Positions 32,998-42,036 of a stretch of 43,982 bases of DNA are shown one piece after another. The translations under genes were made by a program, and so were the position numbers. The stretch is from a virus: UHGV virus genome UHGV-0179801. One strand, 5' to 3'. The notes beneath the pieces were generated by a model that had not been told where the DNA came from, did no database searches, and worked only from the letters and a program-made list of their open reading frames with translations. Within the stretch, counting starts at the first letter, position 1, and each line of letters starts with the position of its first letter.

Positions 32998-35553
32998 TTA
33001 ATAAAAACCGTTGCTGAATCCGTCGGAGAAACCGCGACCTAAAGGCGCGACGCCGTCGTATTTGTAGAATCCGTCGTCATAGTTGTAACCAGTAATCTTG
33101 ACCGTGCGGTCGTCGCCCGGGTCGATTGAAGAAACAACTATCTTCTGAGCATTATGCCTTGCTTCGTTGCCGAATGAAAACTCAGTTTTTAGTGCGCTAT
33201 TCCCCGTGTAGATTGCTTCCTCCGGCGCGGAGAGCATAATCACCTCGCGGTCATGGCTTCCTTTGATAACAGAGATACTCTGCACCGAGCCGTCGCGCTT
33301 CTTGAGGATGATGGAGTGGTCGTCTCCAGGGGTAAACGTAACAGGCTGAGACAACGTCAGGGTAAGCCCATTAACAGCAACGACATAGCCGTCCTGGGGC
33401 GCAATACGCGAACCTTTAACCACGCTGATTACACCACCTGGGGTAGCAAGAGCGCCTTCTTCCGTAGCTTCGAATTCTACGACAACTTTACTTAACGCGT
33501 TGCGCTGATAGCGACGCCACGCCAGCCAATATGCCTGTTGGTAGTTACGCACGCCCTTTGATTCGTATTCCTCCGTATTTGCGCCCAGTTCTTCCGGGAT
33601 ATAAATCGTTTCCTGTACGTTAGTATCCGGGTCGATGTATGAGAATGACAAGCTATCGTAGGTTGTCGAATCGTTGAACGTGCGCGTCCATTTCTCGGTA
33701 CCGGTAGTTTTGCTGCGGTGGGTGAACACCATTTCAGGCCCCGCGACAGGACGGTCGAATCGCAGCATAATATCTGCGCCTTTACGGTACGCAGTACAGA
33801 ACACGGCTTCCGCTATGGTCTGGACTATGTCCTGCATCGTGGTATCGTAGTCGTCGAACGTATAGCAGAATTGTCCGGCTAATTCGCTGCCAAAATAGGA
33901 CTCAATTTCTTCCTGCACAGCGAGTAACTTATCCATATTTGCCGTTGTCAGTTCCAGATTACCCACCGCCGGGTCTCGAGCCAGTCTGATTAGTGACTGC
34001 ACCGCCTGTGTATTAGGCGTCATTACCGTATCAAATACCCCATTGCCTAAGTATTTGTAGCACATCTCGGTCGCAATCATGCGCAGTTCCGGGTTGTCGA
34101 TACTGGCGGCACGCGGTGTCTGTTTACGGGCACAATGTACGGTAGTTCGGTTTCCGTAATGCGGGGTAGTGTCCAGTGACTGACCGTACAGGTTGATGAA
34201 CGTTATTTCGTCGCTTACCGTTCCGTCGTAGTCCTTGTCGAAATTAGTTATACGGCGCATACGGGCGCGGAAACGAGATGCGGTCGGAAACTGCCCGTAG
34301 ATAGACGTACCGACGTAATCCGTATTATTGCCTGTAATTGTGGCCTGTACCGTGTAAATGTCGCTCAAAGGGTTGCGTTGAGAGTCAATCATCTGGTACT
34401 GGAGTTCTACGGTTACGCTGGTGCGGTTATAGCCGCCGTCGTATTTGTAGAGGCCATTCTGCCCCGCGACGTTAGCAAGCACACGGTCAACCTCTCCGCG
34501 CACCATGTAGTACCAGTCTGTCAGGGATACATCATAGGTGTTGCTCGGGCCGATAAACGTATCTGAACGCTCTGTTAGGGTGTACGTCTGTCCGCTGGTC
34601 AACGCCGCCCAGTTAGACGCACCGTTTACAGCTAATCTTACTTCGAAGTCGTCAACGTATAAAACCTCAAACGAGCCGTTCAGGTTAGTGACGTCCTTAA
34701 CGTCAAAGTTGCTCAGCACCGCGATATCGCCAACGCTAAGAAACTCAGAAAAAGCAGAGTCGCCCGACGGGTCATAGATGTAGCCGGTGGTTGAAATACG
34801 TTTGGCGGTGCCACCGGCGCTTGGGTTAGCCCCAATGTCGTTGGGTGCTTTCAGTACAATACCGTCAACGTCGTCGTTGGAGTATGTTACATAAAGTTTC
34901 TGGTCAATTACGTCGCCGATTTGTAGTTGCGGTGAAGTGGTGTTGTTAGGTGATGTATACGGCGCATACACGGCAACAGAGGAGCCTGTGATGTCGCTTA
35001 TCAGGGTGTCACCCTCGGTTACACCATCCGCCTCAATATGCAGATGCCCGCGCCCTGCGTCGTAGTACGAATACTCCAGCAAAGCACCAGTGGAGTTGAA
35101 CGCCTTATACGTCTGCATAAGGTCGTTGGGGATTGTCTGCACAGTCCCGCAGATGTCATAAGAGCGCTCGTAAGGACGCGGCTTGTTGGAGCGGTCTGTT
35201 AGGCTGTTATTCGGTGACGTTGTCTGGTTGTTAGTCGCCGTGTAGTTGGCGTTGGCGGCCGTGTTCAGGCCAAACAACTTGGCGATTGGCTTAAGGATAA
35301 AACCAAACACCTTACTAACCGCACCGAGCGCCCCGCTACCCGCGCCCTCAATAATGTGGTACACGGCATCTTCGTCTTTAAGCGCATCGAAGTCGTCCGT
35401 TACGTCTGTATCATCGCCAATCTCGCCGAGGTAGACGCGCACCGGCACGCCGTCCGGGATACGGTTAACGACAAACTCCATCGGCATCCCGACGTGTTTT
35501 GTACGGTCGAAAACGCCATCAGCGTTCCGCGTGTAGTGCAGGATTATCGCCAA
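32998..35553 (-). CDS. tail tip / central fibre protein (lambda J-like)
   Basis: 851 aa, downstream of the minor tail proteins; assigned by size and gene order. Confidence 0.65.
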   Translation of the reverse strand: MAIILHYTRNADGVFDRTKHVGMPMEFVVNRIPDGVPVRVYLGEIGDDTDVTDDFDALKDEDAVYHIIEGAGSGALGAVSKVFGFILKPIAKLFGLNTAANANYTATNNQTTSPNNSLTDRSNKPRPYERSYDICGTVQTIPNDLMQTYKAFNSTGALLEYSYYDAGRGHLHIEADGVTEGDTLISDITGSSVAVYAPYTSPNNTTSPQLQIGDVIDQKLYVTYSNDDVDGIVLKAPNDIGANPSAGGTAKRISTTGYIYDPSGDSAFSEFLSVGDIAVLSNFDVKDVTNLNGSFEVLYVDDFEVRLAVNGASNWAALTSGQTYTLTERSDTFIGPSNTYDVSLTDWYYMVRGEVDRVLANVAGQNGLYKYDGGYNRTSVTVELQYQMIDSQRNPLSDIYTVQATITGNNTDYVGTSIYGQFPTASRFRARMRRITNFDKDYDGTVSDEITFINLYGQSLDTTPHYGNRTTVHCARKQTPRAASIDNPELRMIATEMCYKYLGNGVFDTVMTPNTQAVQSLIRLARDPAVGNLELTTANMDKLLAVQEEIESYFGSELAGQFCYTFDDYDTTMQDIVQTIAEAVFCTAYRKGADIMLRFDRPVAGPEMVFTHRSKTTGTEKWTRTFNDSTTYDSLSFSYIDPDTNVQETIYIPEELGANTEEYESKGVRNYQQAYWLAWRRYQRNALSKVVVEFEATEEGALATPGGVISVVKGSRIAPQDGYVVAVNGLTLTLSQPVTFTPGDDHSIILKKRDGSVQSISVIKGSHDREVIMLSAPEEAIYTGNSALKTEFSFGNEARHNAQKIVVSSIDPGDDRTVKITGYNYDDGFYKYDGVAPLGRGFSDGFSNGFY

Positions 35554-35909
35554 AATTCAATCTCCGTGTACGTGTCTCTGAGGTCTGCCAGCCTGTCAAG
35601 CCGTACCTGACGTGACGCAAGTTCACAATGACTCACCATCCCGTCGAAGTAAACTCCTGCGTGCCACACGATACGGCCCCCGCGGCGATACCCCATAAGC
35701 ACCGCACAAAAGTTTTCAGGCTTATCAATTTTTGTAAGCCCCTTCGTGTCACGGTGGCCTTCGTCAAACGCTTCGTTAATTGCCGTTGGGCTTGTAACGT
35801 CGAACGCCGGGGTTTCTAACCCGGCATCCGCGCGGACAATGCGCACATGGTGCCAGCAATTACGTTTGCGAAAGTCGTAAGGTATTCCCGTGTAGTCGTT
35901 AATATTCAT
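35544..35909 (-). CDS. tail assembly protein (lambda K-like, possible peptidase fold)
   Basis: 121 aa with Cys/His (RNCWHHV ... GMVSHCE); ATGA coupling; position between L-like and J-like genes. Confidence 0.4.
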   Translation of the reverse strand: MNINDYTGIPYDFRKRNCWHHVRIVRADAGLETPAFDVTSPTAINEAFDEGHRDTKGLTKIDKPENFCAVLMGYRRGGRIVWHAGVYFDGMVSHCELASRQVRLDRLADLRDTYTEIEFWR

Positions 35910-36421
35910 GTGGTCAACAGGCCGCGCAATAACGGTATCTCTTTAGGTGTCATCAGTATACCAGTGCTCCGTTGGTTCAGCATAGGTGTACCGACATCCG
36001 CAGAGAACTCGCCTTTCTCCTGGTTGATAGCCTGTAACTCGTACACGACCGGGCCGTCAGCCGGATAAGACAGGTCGGTGCTGACATACCGGCGGAATAC
36101 GAACTTCGGCAACTCAGTGTTACTCATCGGGATTTTATCCATCTCATCATCAAGTTGATTGAGAATATCCGGTAAAGTAAATGTTGTCGTCTGGTCCATA
36201 TCACTGTTGTTAGCAGCCCCTGACGCCTCCATCGGGGTTGGCTCGAATGTTATTGTTTCGCCCGTCTCCAGTGTTGCCGTAAGTTCCTGTAGCCCGCGCA
36301 CAAGATAGTACGTCTTCGACAGCAACGGGTGGCTGATTTGCAACGTGATGTAGTCCATCTCGCCGTCGGGGTTTGAGGCCAGCTTACGGCGATAGGCGGC
36401 TTCTACTGATTCCTGGCTCAT
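35906..36421 (-). CDS. minor tail protein (lambda L-like)
   Basis: Gene order after the tape measure and M-like genes; ATG 36421 ATGA-coupled (track start 36436 is a TTG). Confidence 0.5.
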   Translation of the reverse strand: MSQESVEAAYRRKLASNPDGEMDYITLQISHPLLSKTYYLVRGLQELTATLETGETITFEPTPMEASGAANNSDMDQTTTFTLPDILNQLDDEMDKIPMSNTELPKFVFRRYVSTDLSYPADGPVVYELQAINQEKGEFSADVGTPMLNQRSTGILMTPKEIPLLRGLLTT

Positions 36422-36918
36422 TGCATCGGGTCCCAAATTCGAGGAAACGTTGATTGCGCAGTTCCGTAGGCTTTAAGGAGGCACCCCAGCACATCACCAT
36501 AGCAACCATACAAATCTGGCAGATTGTTAACAAGGCACTGATTATCTTCGTCCTGAAACGGCGATTTCTCGGCGGTTGCCGTGAAAGTAATCGTCCAGTT
36601 AATACCGTCTTCGGTGGCCTCGGCGATGGTGGATGTGATCGTTACCTGATAGTCCTCAATACCCATGCCGAAGTCGTGCGCCATCCAGAAACTTGACGCA
36701 CCGCCATCGACTTTCTCAAGGAACGACAGGAACGCCTGCCGCCCTAGTGCAGATGTAATCAGGGTTACGCTTATCGGAAACACGTCGTAATATGTGTCAC
36801 GGCCCTGACGCACCCCGCCACCGGCTAAATCGACACTCCAGACGTTGTTACGTCTGGTCATTGAGTAGCCTTTTGACACCACCGGCTTAAGGCTACGTGG
36901 AAAGTATAAGTCAGTCAT
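36418..36918 (-). CDS. minor tail protein (lambda M-like / distal tail)
   Basis: ATG overlaps the tape measure stop (TAATG); assigned by gene order. Confidence 0.5.
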   Translation of the reverse strand: MTDLYFPRSLKPVVSKGYSMTRRNNVWSVDLAGGGVRQGRDTYYDVFPISVTLITSALGRQAFLSFLEKVDGGASSFWMAHDFGMGIEDYQVTITSTIAEATEDGINWTITFTATAEKSPFQDEDNQCLVNNLPDLYGCYGDVLGCLLKAYGTAQSTFPRIWDPMQ

Positions 36919-39341
36919 TATTTAAACCCCGGCGCGTTTCTTGTGGCCTTGCGGGCCTTGCTAATCTTACTGTTGCTGTTCTGCAAAGACGCAGCCACTT
37001 GCTCTTCGATGATGATACGCAGACGTCCTTCGTCATCTTGTTCAGTAGACACATTGCCAATCTGACTCGATGTGTTATTTACGATGGTAACATTAGATGG
37101 GCCACTATTTCCGCTATTATTGCCGTTTAACTGCTGCCGTGTTTGGCTTGCGTTTACCGCGCGCCCCGCCCCCGCCATCTTGATAATCTCTGGGCCGCGC
37201 TCACCGACAAGATAGCTGCCGCCAGCGTTCATTTGCCCGCCCTGTTCGCGGAATCCGGTTAAGGCTAACGCTTGGGTACTCGCAACCGTTGATGTGATGC
37301 CCGCCATCGCCGGTGCGCTGTTTGTCCCTAGGGTAGCCAGGGACGCCATAGCTGCAGCGGGGGCATACGCTGCAGCAATCGCCGCTCCGGTAGCCGATGC
37401 TGTCGCGATGGACGCCGCGGATGCCGTTTGGCCTGTAATCATGTTTTTCAGGTACTCCACCCCCATCTGTGTTAGCCCTGAAACGACCGATGACAGGATT
37501 GCGTTGCCGAGGTTTGCCATTGCTTCGCTAGCGGTCTGAGTACCATTAATAAGTCCGACTATGGAGCTGGACGCGGAAGCACCCACAGCGTCCAGGGAGT
37601 CCATAAGCATATTGTTCCACTCGGATTGGTTGCGGAAACGCTCCTCGGCAGCGGCAGCCAGCCCATCGTTATATTGCTTGTCCAGTTCCGCCCGTGCCTG
37701 CAACGCGACTTCATGCACGGAGTTTTCTTGTGCCTCGTACTCCTCTATAACCGCAAGCCTTTTCTGCCGCTCGAGCTGTAAGTTAGCGATAGGGTCTATT
37801 GACGCCAGAACCGCCACACCTTGTTGCAGTTTTTTCTGTTCCTCGGCTAACTCTTTATCAATAGCGTCTTGTCGTTTTTGCCCGTATTGAAGAACTATTG
37901 CTGTTTTCGCCTTTTCGTATTCTTCAGCAGTTAGCGCCCCTTCTTTTCGGTATTTAGCGGCCTCCTTAAGTTTCTGCTGTTCCTGCGCGTTAATAGCCTT
38001 TAACTCATCGTTGTTCTGACGAGCCAAAGTGTCGAGATAATCTTGCGCCTGTTTACGCAATTGCTCCGCTTTCTTAGCGGCGGCTTTCGCGTCTTTGTCG
38101 TTGGTGTTTCCTGTCCCACCAGTCCCGCCCTTTTTATTAACAAGGCTGGCCAAGTCAATTTCTTGCTTCCTGCGCTCGTCGTACTGCTTGCGCTGCTCCT
38201 CAATTTCTTTCTTGCGCTGCTTAGACCTGTTGGTAATGGCCTGTGATTCGGCCTCTGCACGTTTTATGCTAGCGTCATACGCGGCGTCAGCCTCTGCGGT
38301 CAGGTTTTTAAATGTGAGCGCTGCCGTTTTGCTCGGGTCAAACACGTCGGCAAGGGTCTGGCCAAGCGCTACGGCGTAATCGTCAATGCGCTGGAACCAC
38401 GCAATAACCTCGTGGAATGTCTGCTGAATGTCAGGCAACCATTCACGGATAGCATCTGGAATAGTCCCCAGCGAGTCTGACATATCCGCGGATTTGTCCT
38501 CGGTATCGAATGCCAGGTCATTCAGGGCATCAGAAATAAACTTGAACGACTCATTGAACAGCGTCACCCAATCCTGGAGCGTGGCTGCTATCTCATTAGA
38601 CACTATAGCGTCGGTGAGCGCCGTTACTGCGTCTTCTGCCAACGCAGCTTGTTCGCCTACGGCGTCGCCAAAACCAGACTGCGCTACCGCAAGAACAAGG
38701 CCGTCGAAGGAGTCGGCGAGGCTCGACAACTGACCATCTAATGTCTTCGAGCGCGTCTCCATCGCCCCGGCGAAATCGGTGTTGCCGATGTTTAACAGAT
38801 ATTTCTGAATCTCTTCGGAGTTCTTTTTAACCGTGGTGGTAACGCCGCGGAACGTGAACGACACTGTATCCGCCTGTTGCGACGACTTGATGCCAAACTC
38901 TTTTAGTCGCTCAAACTCAAAGGTACTGGCGTCGGCAACTGCCTCAATCATCTGATTAAGGTCTTTACCCATAGCCGCCGCGGTGTTGCCGTAGGAGATT
39001 AATGCCTCTTTGCTGGGGTTCAGGCCCAGAGCCACCAGCTTAGTAAAGCCTTCCACCGCCTGATTAAGCCCGTATGGTGTTTCTTTTGCGAACTGTTGCA
39101 GGACGCTGAAAGCCTTAGCGGCATTCTCAGCGCTCCCGGTCATCGTGATGAGGCCAGAGTTCAGCTTATCGAAGTTTCGCTGGGATGCCACCAGCGCACT
39201 GAACACCTGCTTGGCGGTTTCCAGGCTGACAACGGCAGCGGCGGCCGCCCCCGCCGCCTTAGTAAGCCCGTTCAGTTGGGATGTGGTTTTATCGACGCCG
39301 GTCGATGATACTCGTACTATCAAGCTAGCGGTATCAGCCAT
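36918..39341 (-). CDS. tail tape measure protein
   Basis: 807 aa with long Gln/Lys/Glu/Ala-rich predicted coiled coils (KQRKKEIEEQRKQYDERRKQEIDLASL...) and Gly/Ala-rich C-terminal region; follows the chaperone pair. ATG 39341 preferred over track start 39356 (TTG). Confidence 0.8.
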   Translation of the reverse strand: MADTASLIVRVSSTGVDKTTSQLNGLTKAAGAAAAAVVSLETAKQVFSALVASQRNFDKLNSGLITMTGSAENAAKAFSVLQQFAKETPYGLNQAVEGFTKLVALGLNPSKEALISYGNTAAAMGKDLNQMIEAVADASTFEFERLKEFGIKSSQQADTVSFTFRGVTTTVKKNSEEIQKYLLNIGNTDFAGAMETRSKTLDGQLSSLADSFDGLVLAVAQSGFGDAVGEQAALAEDAVTALTDAIVSNEIAATLQDWVTLFNESFKFISDALNDLAFDTEDKSADMSDSLGTIPDAIREWLPDIQQTFHEVIAWFQRIDDYAVALGQTLADVFDPSKTAALTFKNLTAEADAAYDASIKRAEAESQAITNRSKQRKKEIEEQRKQYDERRKQEIDLASLVNKKGGTGGTGNTNDKDAKAAAKKAEQLRKQAQDYLDTLARQNNDELKAINAQEQQKLKEAAKYRKEGALTAEEYEKAKTAIVLQYGQKRQDAIDKELAEEQKKLQQGVAVLASIDPIANLQLERQKRLAVIEEYEAQENSVHEVALQARAELDKQYNDGLAAAAEERFRNQSEWNNMLMDSLDAVGASASSSIVGLINGTQTASEAMANLGNAILSSVVSGLTQMGVEYLKNMITGQTASAASIATASATGAAIAAAYAPAAAMASLATLGTNSAPAMAGITSTVASTQALALTGFREQGGQMNAGGSYLVGERGPEIIKMAGAGRAVNASQTRQQLNGNNSGNSGPSNVTIVNNTSSQIGNVSTEQDDEGRLRIIIEEQVAASLQNSNSKISKARKATRNAPGFK

Positions 39342-39666
39342 GATTTCTACCTTCAAAGATTGCTTCTAAGCCCATGATAATGTCTATCTCGAACAGGCTA
39401 AGCTGTTTTTGCGTAACATCGAGATAGGCTTTCAGGTCTTGCCACGTAACGGATTCTCTTGCAAACAATACTACAGCGTCCTCGCGCACGTGTCGCGTAA
39501 ACTTAATGTCACAGTACGTCTCAAAGGTGGATATAAAAAGGGGCGGGCATTCTAGCCCACCCCGTCGCGCTGCACGTTTTTTCTTATCGATTACACCCAT
39601 CGCGATAAGCGCCTGTTCGTGTCCGTCAGCTATAGAATCAAACTCTCTGATTTTATGCTTGTCCAC
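39334..39666 (-). CDS. tail assembly chaperone, T-like frame (likely made as a G-T fusion)
   Basis: ORF in the -1 frame relative to the upstream chaperone; its frame stays open back to 39723, overlapping the last 8 codons of the G-like gene. Confidence 0.45.
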   Translation of the reverse strand: MDKHKIREFDSIADGHEQALIAMGVIDKKKRAARRGGLECPPLFISTFETYCDIKFTRHVREDAVVLFARESVTWQDLKAYLDVTQKQLSLFEIDIIMGLEAIFEGRNHG

Positions 39667-39698
39667 AAACTCATAGGTGGCGAACCTGTACAGCGCGT

Positions 39699-40115
39699 CT
39701 ACTTTTCCTGTAATGCTTTGCGCTCAGCGTTATGGAACGCAGCTACCTGGGTTCCAAGCCCTTTGAACTGGTCCAGCAATTTGTTAAATGCTTCTTTAGA
39801 GAAAGGCTCATCAAAACTCCAGCCGTTTACTACTTCTGCCGCGAGTTGTCGGTTGAGATCTTCCGCCAGTTCGTTAACCGCCAGGTTATATTCAGTATAG
39901 TCGCCGGATTTTTTGGCGGCTTTTTCCAGTTCTTCGAAACGCGCCAGCCCGCGGCGGTACGCGATAATGAAAGCACGCCCGGCTTTAACGGCGGCATCCG
40001 CATCCGGATTTACAACGTTAAGCCACTCCCCTGAGTCTTCACCATTTGGTAGGAGAATGGGCATCTTCTTGCCTACCAGTGCTTTCTCTTCGAAATAAAA
40101 ATCAGAAAGTTTCAT
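39699..40115 (-). CDS. tail assembly chaperone (lambda G-like)
   Basis: 138-aa acidic protein between the major tail gene region and the tape measure gene; AAAGGA RBS. Confidence 0.55.
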   Translation of the reverse strand: MKLSDFYFEEKALVGKKMPILLPNGEDSGEWLNVVNPDADAAVKAGRAFIIAYRRGLARFEELEKAAKKSGDYTEYNLAVNELAEDLNRQLAAEVVNGWSFDEPFSKEAFNKLLDQFKGLGTQVAAFHNAERKALQEK

Positions 40116-40222
40116 TCTTTGATCCTTTGGTTAAGAGGTTACAGGTTAAGGGAAATGCGCCAGACGGGAACCACCCGCTTTTCGTGTGCGACACTAGGCG
40201 CAAACTTATTCTAGCACACTAC

Positions 40223-40251
40223 TTGCACACCCCAATATAATAGGGTACTAT
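40223..40251 (+). promoter_or_regulatory. sigma70-like promoter TTGCAC-N17-TACTAT (conserved family)
   Basis: acttgcacaccccaatataatagggtactattca, the same block as at 4794 and 6601. Confidence 0.55.
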
Positions 40252-40281
40252 TCACTTACACCAACAATGGAGGAGTTTAAA

Positions 40282-40473
40282 ATGTCAAGTTTACCAGTTT
40301 CCTTAATTCTGTTTGCACTACTCGCTTATTTTGCGCCTTTCCTGGTTGCATATTTCCGCAACCATAAAGCGAAGTTAGCGATATTCATGGCTAACCTGTT
40401 TCTTGGCTGGATTCTGCTGCCGTGGGTATTTATTTTAATCTGGGCTTGCAACTCGAATGTCAAAGAGAAGTGA
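40282..40473 (+). CDS. small membrane protein (63 aa)
   Basis: ATG 40282 after GGAGGAG RBS; two hydrophobic helices (LPVSLILFALLAYFAPFLVAYF, LFLGWILLPWVFILIWA). Confidence 0.5.
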   Translation: MSSLPVSLILFALLAYFAPFLVAYFRNHKAKLAIFMANLFLGWILLPWVFILIWACNSNVKEK

Positions 40474-40510
40474 GCTAGTATAGGACAAATCCTAAGCACG
40501 AGGAATAAGC

Positions 40511-41641
40511 ATGGCCAGGAAGAAAATAACCGACGAACAGTTGCAGGAAGAATTGAACGCCGGTATGAAGAATATCGACATCGCTCGTAAATACGGCATC
40601 TCAGACCGCGTTATTCGCATCCGTAAAGCGAAGCTGGCAAAGAAAGGCGTAGGTCATGGGCGCGACGTTAGCCACCTTGTGCCAGATGGCTACAAGATTA
40701 AAGGAACGTCGTCACTTGTCGATGAGTTCGGCAACACTAAATTGCAATGGGTTAAGACCGACACCGATGCTGAACGTCAGGTTGAACTGATGAAAGCCGT
40801 GGTTGAAGGTATGAAGTCAGAGATTACCCCGGTTGCGCCTGTTAAAGCGACTCGAGCCAAACGTGACGATAAACTGCTCAATCTTTACACTGTGTCTGAT
40901 TTCCATCTCGGTATGCTTGCATGGGCCGACGAGAGTGGCGACGACTGGGACATGAAGATTGCAGAAGACCTGTTCTCTCGCTGGTTCGACGCAGCGTTTC
41001 AGAAAGCGCCGGACGCAGGAACGGGCGTTATTAACCTGCTTGGTGACCTTGCGCACTTCGATAGTCTGGATGCCGTTACGCCGGCAAGCGGTCATGTTCT
41101 TGACGCAGACACGCGCTATCAGAAACTGGTCCGCTACATGATTCGTATGGTCCGCCGTGTCGTTGATATGGCCCTTGTTAAGCATAAAAATGTTCGCTTG
41201 CTTATTGTGCAAGGGAACCACGACGAGAGTGGCATGATTTGGCTGGCTGAGATGTTCAGTACGCTATACGACAACGAGCCGCGTGTGTTCGTCGATACGT
41301 CACCGGATGTTTACAAGATGGCGCGACACGGCAAAACAACGTTGTTCTTTCACCATGGACATAAAGCACGCTTCGACGCTATCGAGCCGGTTATGATTGC
41401 CAAGTTCCGCAAAGCGTTCGGCGAGAGTGTTTACAGCTACGCTCACGTAGGGCACCTGCACCATCAGAAGATTGTAGAAAGCCGTAACATGATTGTTGAG
41501 CAGCACCGCACTTTAGCGGCTAAAGATGCCTACGCCTCCCGCGGCGGATGGATGTCAGGCCGTAGTGCAAACGTAATTACTTATAGCGCCGAATATGGCG
41601 AGGTCGCGCGTTTAACTATTTCACCGGAGATGCTGGGATGA
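40511..41641 (+). CDS. HTH domain fused to calcineurin-like metallophosphoesterase
   Basis: N-terminal HTH-like NIDIARKYGISDRVIRIRKAK; phosphoesterase motifs VSDFHLG, GDLAHFD, GNHDE, HHGH, GHLHH. Confidence 0.65.
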   Translation: MARKKITDEQLQEELNAGMKNIDIARKYGISDRVIRIRKAKLAKKGVGHGRDVSHLVPDGYKIKGTSSLVDEFGNTKLQWVKTDTDAERQVELMKAVVEGMKSEITPVAPVKATRAKRDDKLLNLYTVSDFHLGMLAWADESGDDWDMKIAEDLFSRWFDAAFQKAPDAGTGVINLLGDLAHFDSLDAVTPASGHVLDADTRYQKLVRYMIRMVRRVVDMALVKHKNVRLLIVQGNHDESGMIWLAEMFSTLYDNEPRVFVDTSPDVYKMARHGKTTLFFHHGHKARFDAIEPVMIAKFRKAFGESVYSYAHVGHLHHQKIVESRNMIVEQHRTLAAKDAYASRGGWMSGRSANVITYSAEYGEVARLTISPEMLG

Positions 41642-41868
41642 CTTCAAAATACAACCGCACAATGACAAACACTCACGGTAGCACTATGACAGTAGATGTT
41701 TACGATGTGCTACGTGCCTTCGACATCCGCGACCCGGCGTTGCAACACGCATTGAAGAAACTATTGTGCATGGGCTTGCGGGGGCACAAGGACACCGGAA
41801 CAGACTTAGCGGAAGCAATTGAAAGTCTGGAGAAGTTACGGGAATATCGAAGCAATATTGACGAATAA
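41638..41868 (+). CDS. hypothetical protein (76 aa)
   Basis: Track ORF, ATGA-coupled to the phosphoesterase gene. Confidence 0.45.
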   Translation: MTSKYNRTMTNTHGSTMTVDVYDVLRAFDIRDPALQHALKKLLCMGLRGHKDTGTDLAEAIESLEKLREYRSNIDE

Positions 41869-41882
41869 CTACTAGGTATTTT

Positions 41883-42005
41883 ATGAAACTAATTATTAAC
41901 TTCTTTAAAGCCTTAACAGGTAACGATTTTGAGATCGACGGAGGTTGGCTAGTGTATGACCCTACTTTTGATACTTGGTTGTGGCATAAAGAGAAACCTC
42001 GATGA
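41883..42005 (+). CDS. small hypothetical protein (40 aa)
   Basis: Not in track; ATG 41883; ends just before the terminator. Confidence 0.3.
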   Translation: MKLIINFFKALTGNDFEIDGGWLVYDPTFDTWLWHKEKPR

Positions 42006-42009
42006 GAAA

Positions 42010-42036
42010 AAGGCCCCTTTCGGGGCCTTAGTTTTA
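42010..42036. terminator. bidirectional rho-independent terminator (AAGGCCCC-tttc-GGGGCCTT)
   Basis: 8-bp stem with T-tracts on both strands, between the rightward cassette and the convergent major tail gene. Confidence 0.6.

Noticed and set aside
40511-41641. Calling the metallophosphoesterase an SbcD/Mre11 repair nuclease
   Set aside because: No SbcC/Rad50-like partner ORF nearby, and the N-terminal HTH fusion and tail-module location do not fit the canonical SbcCD arrangement; left as a generic metallophosphoesterase.
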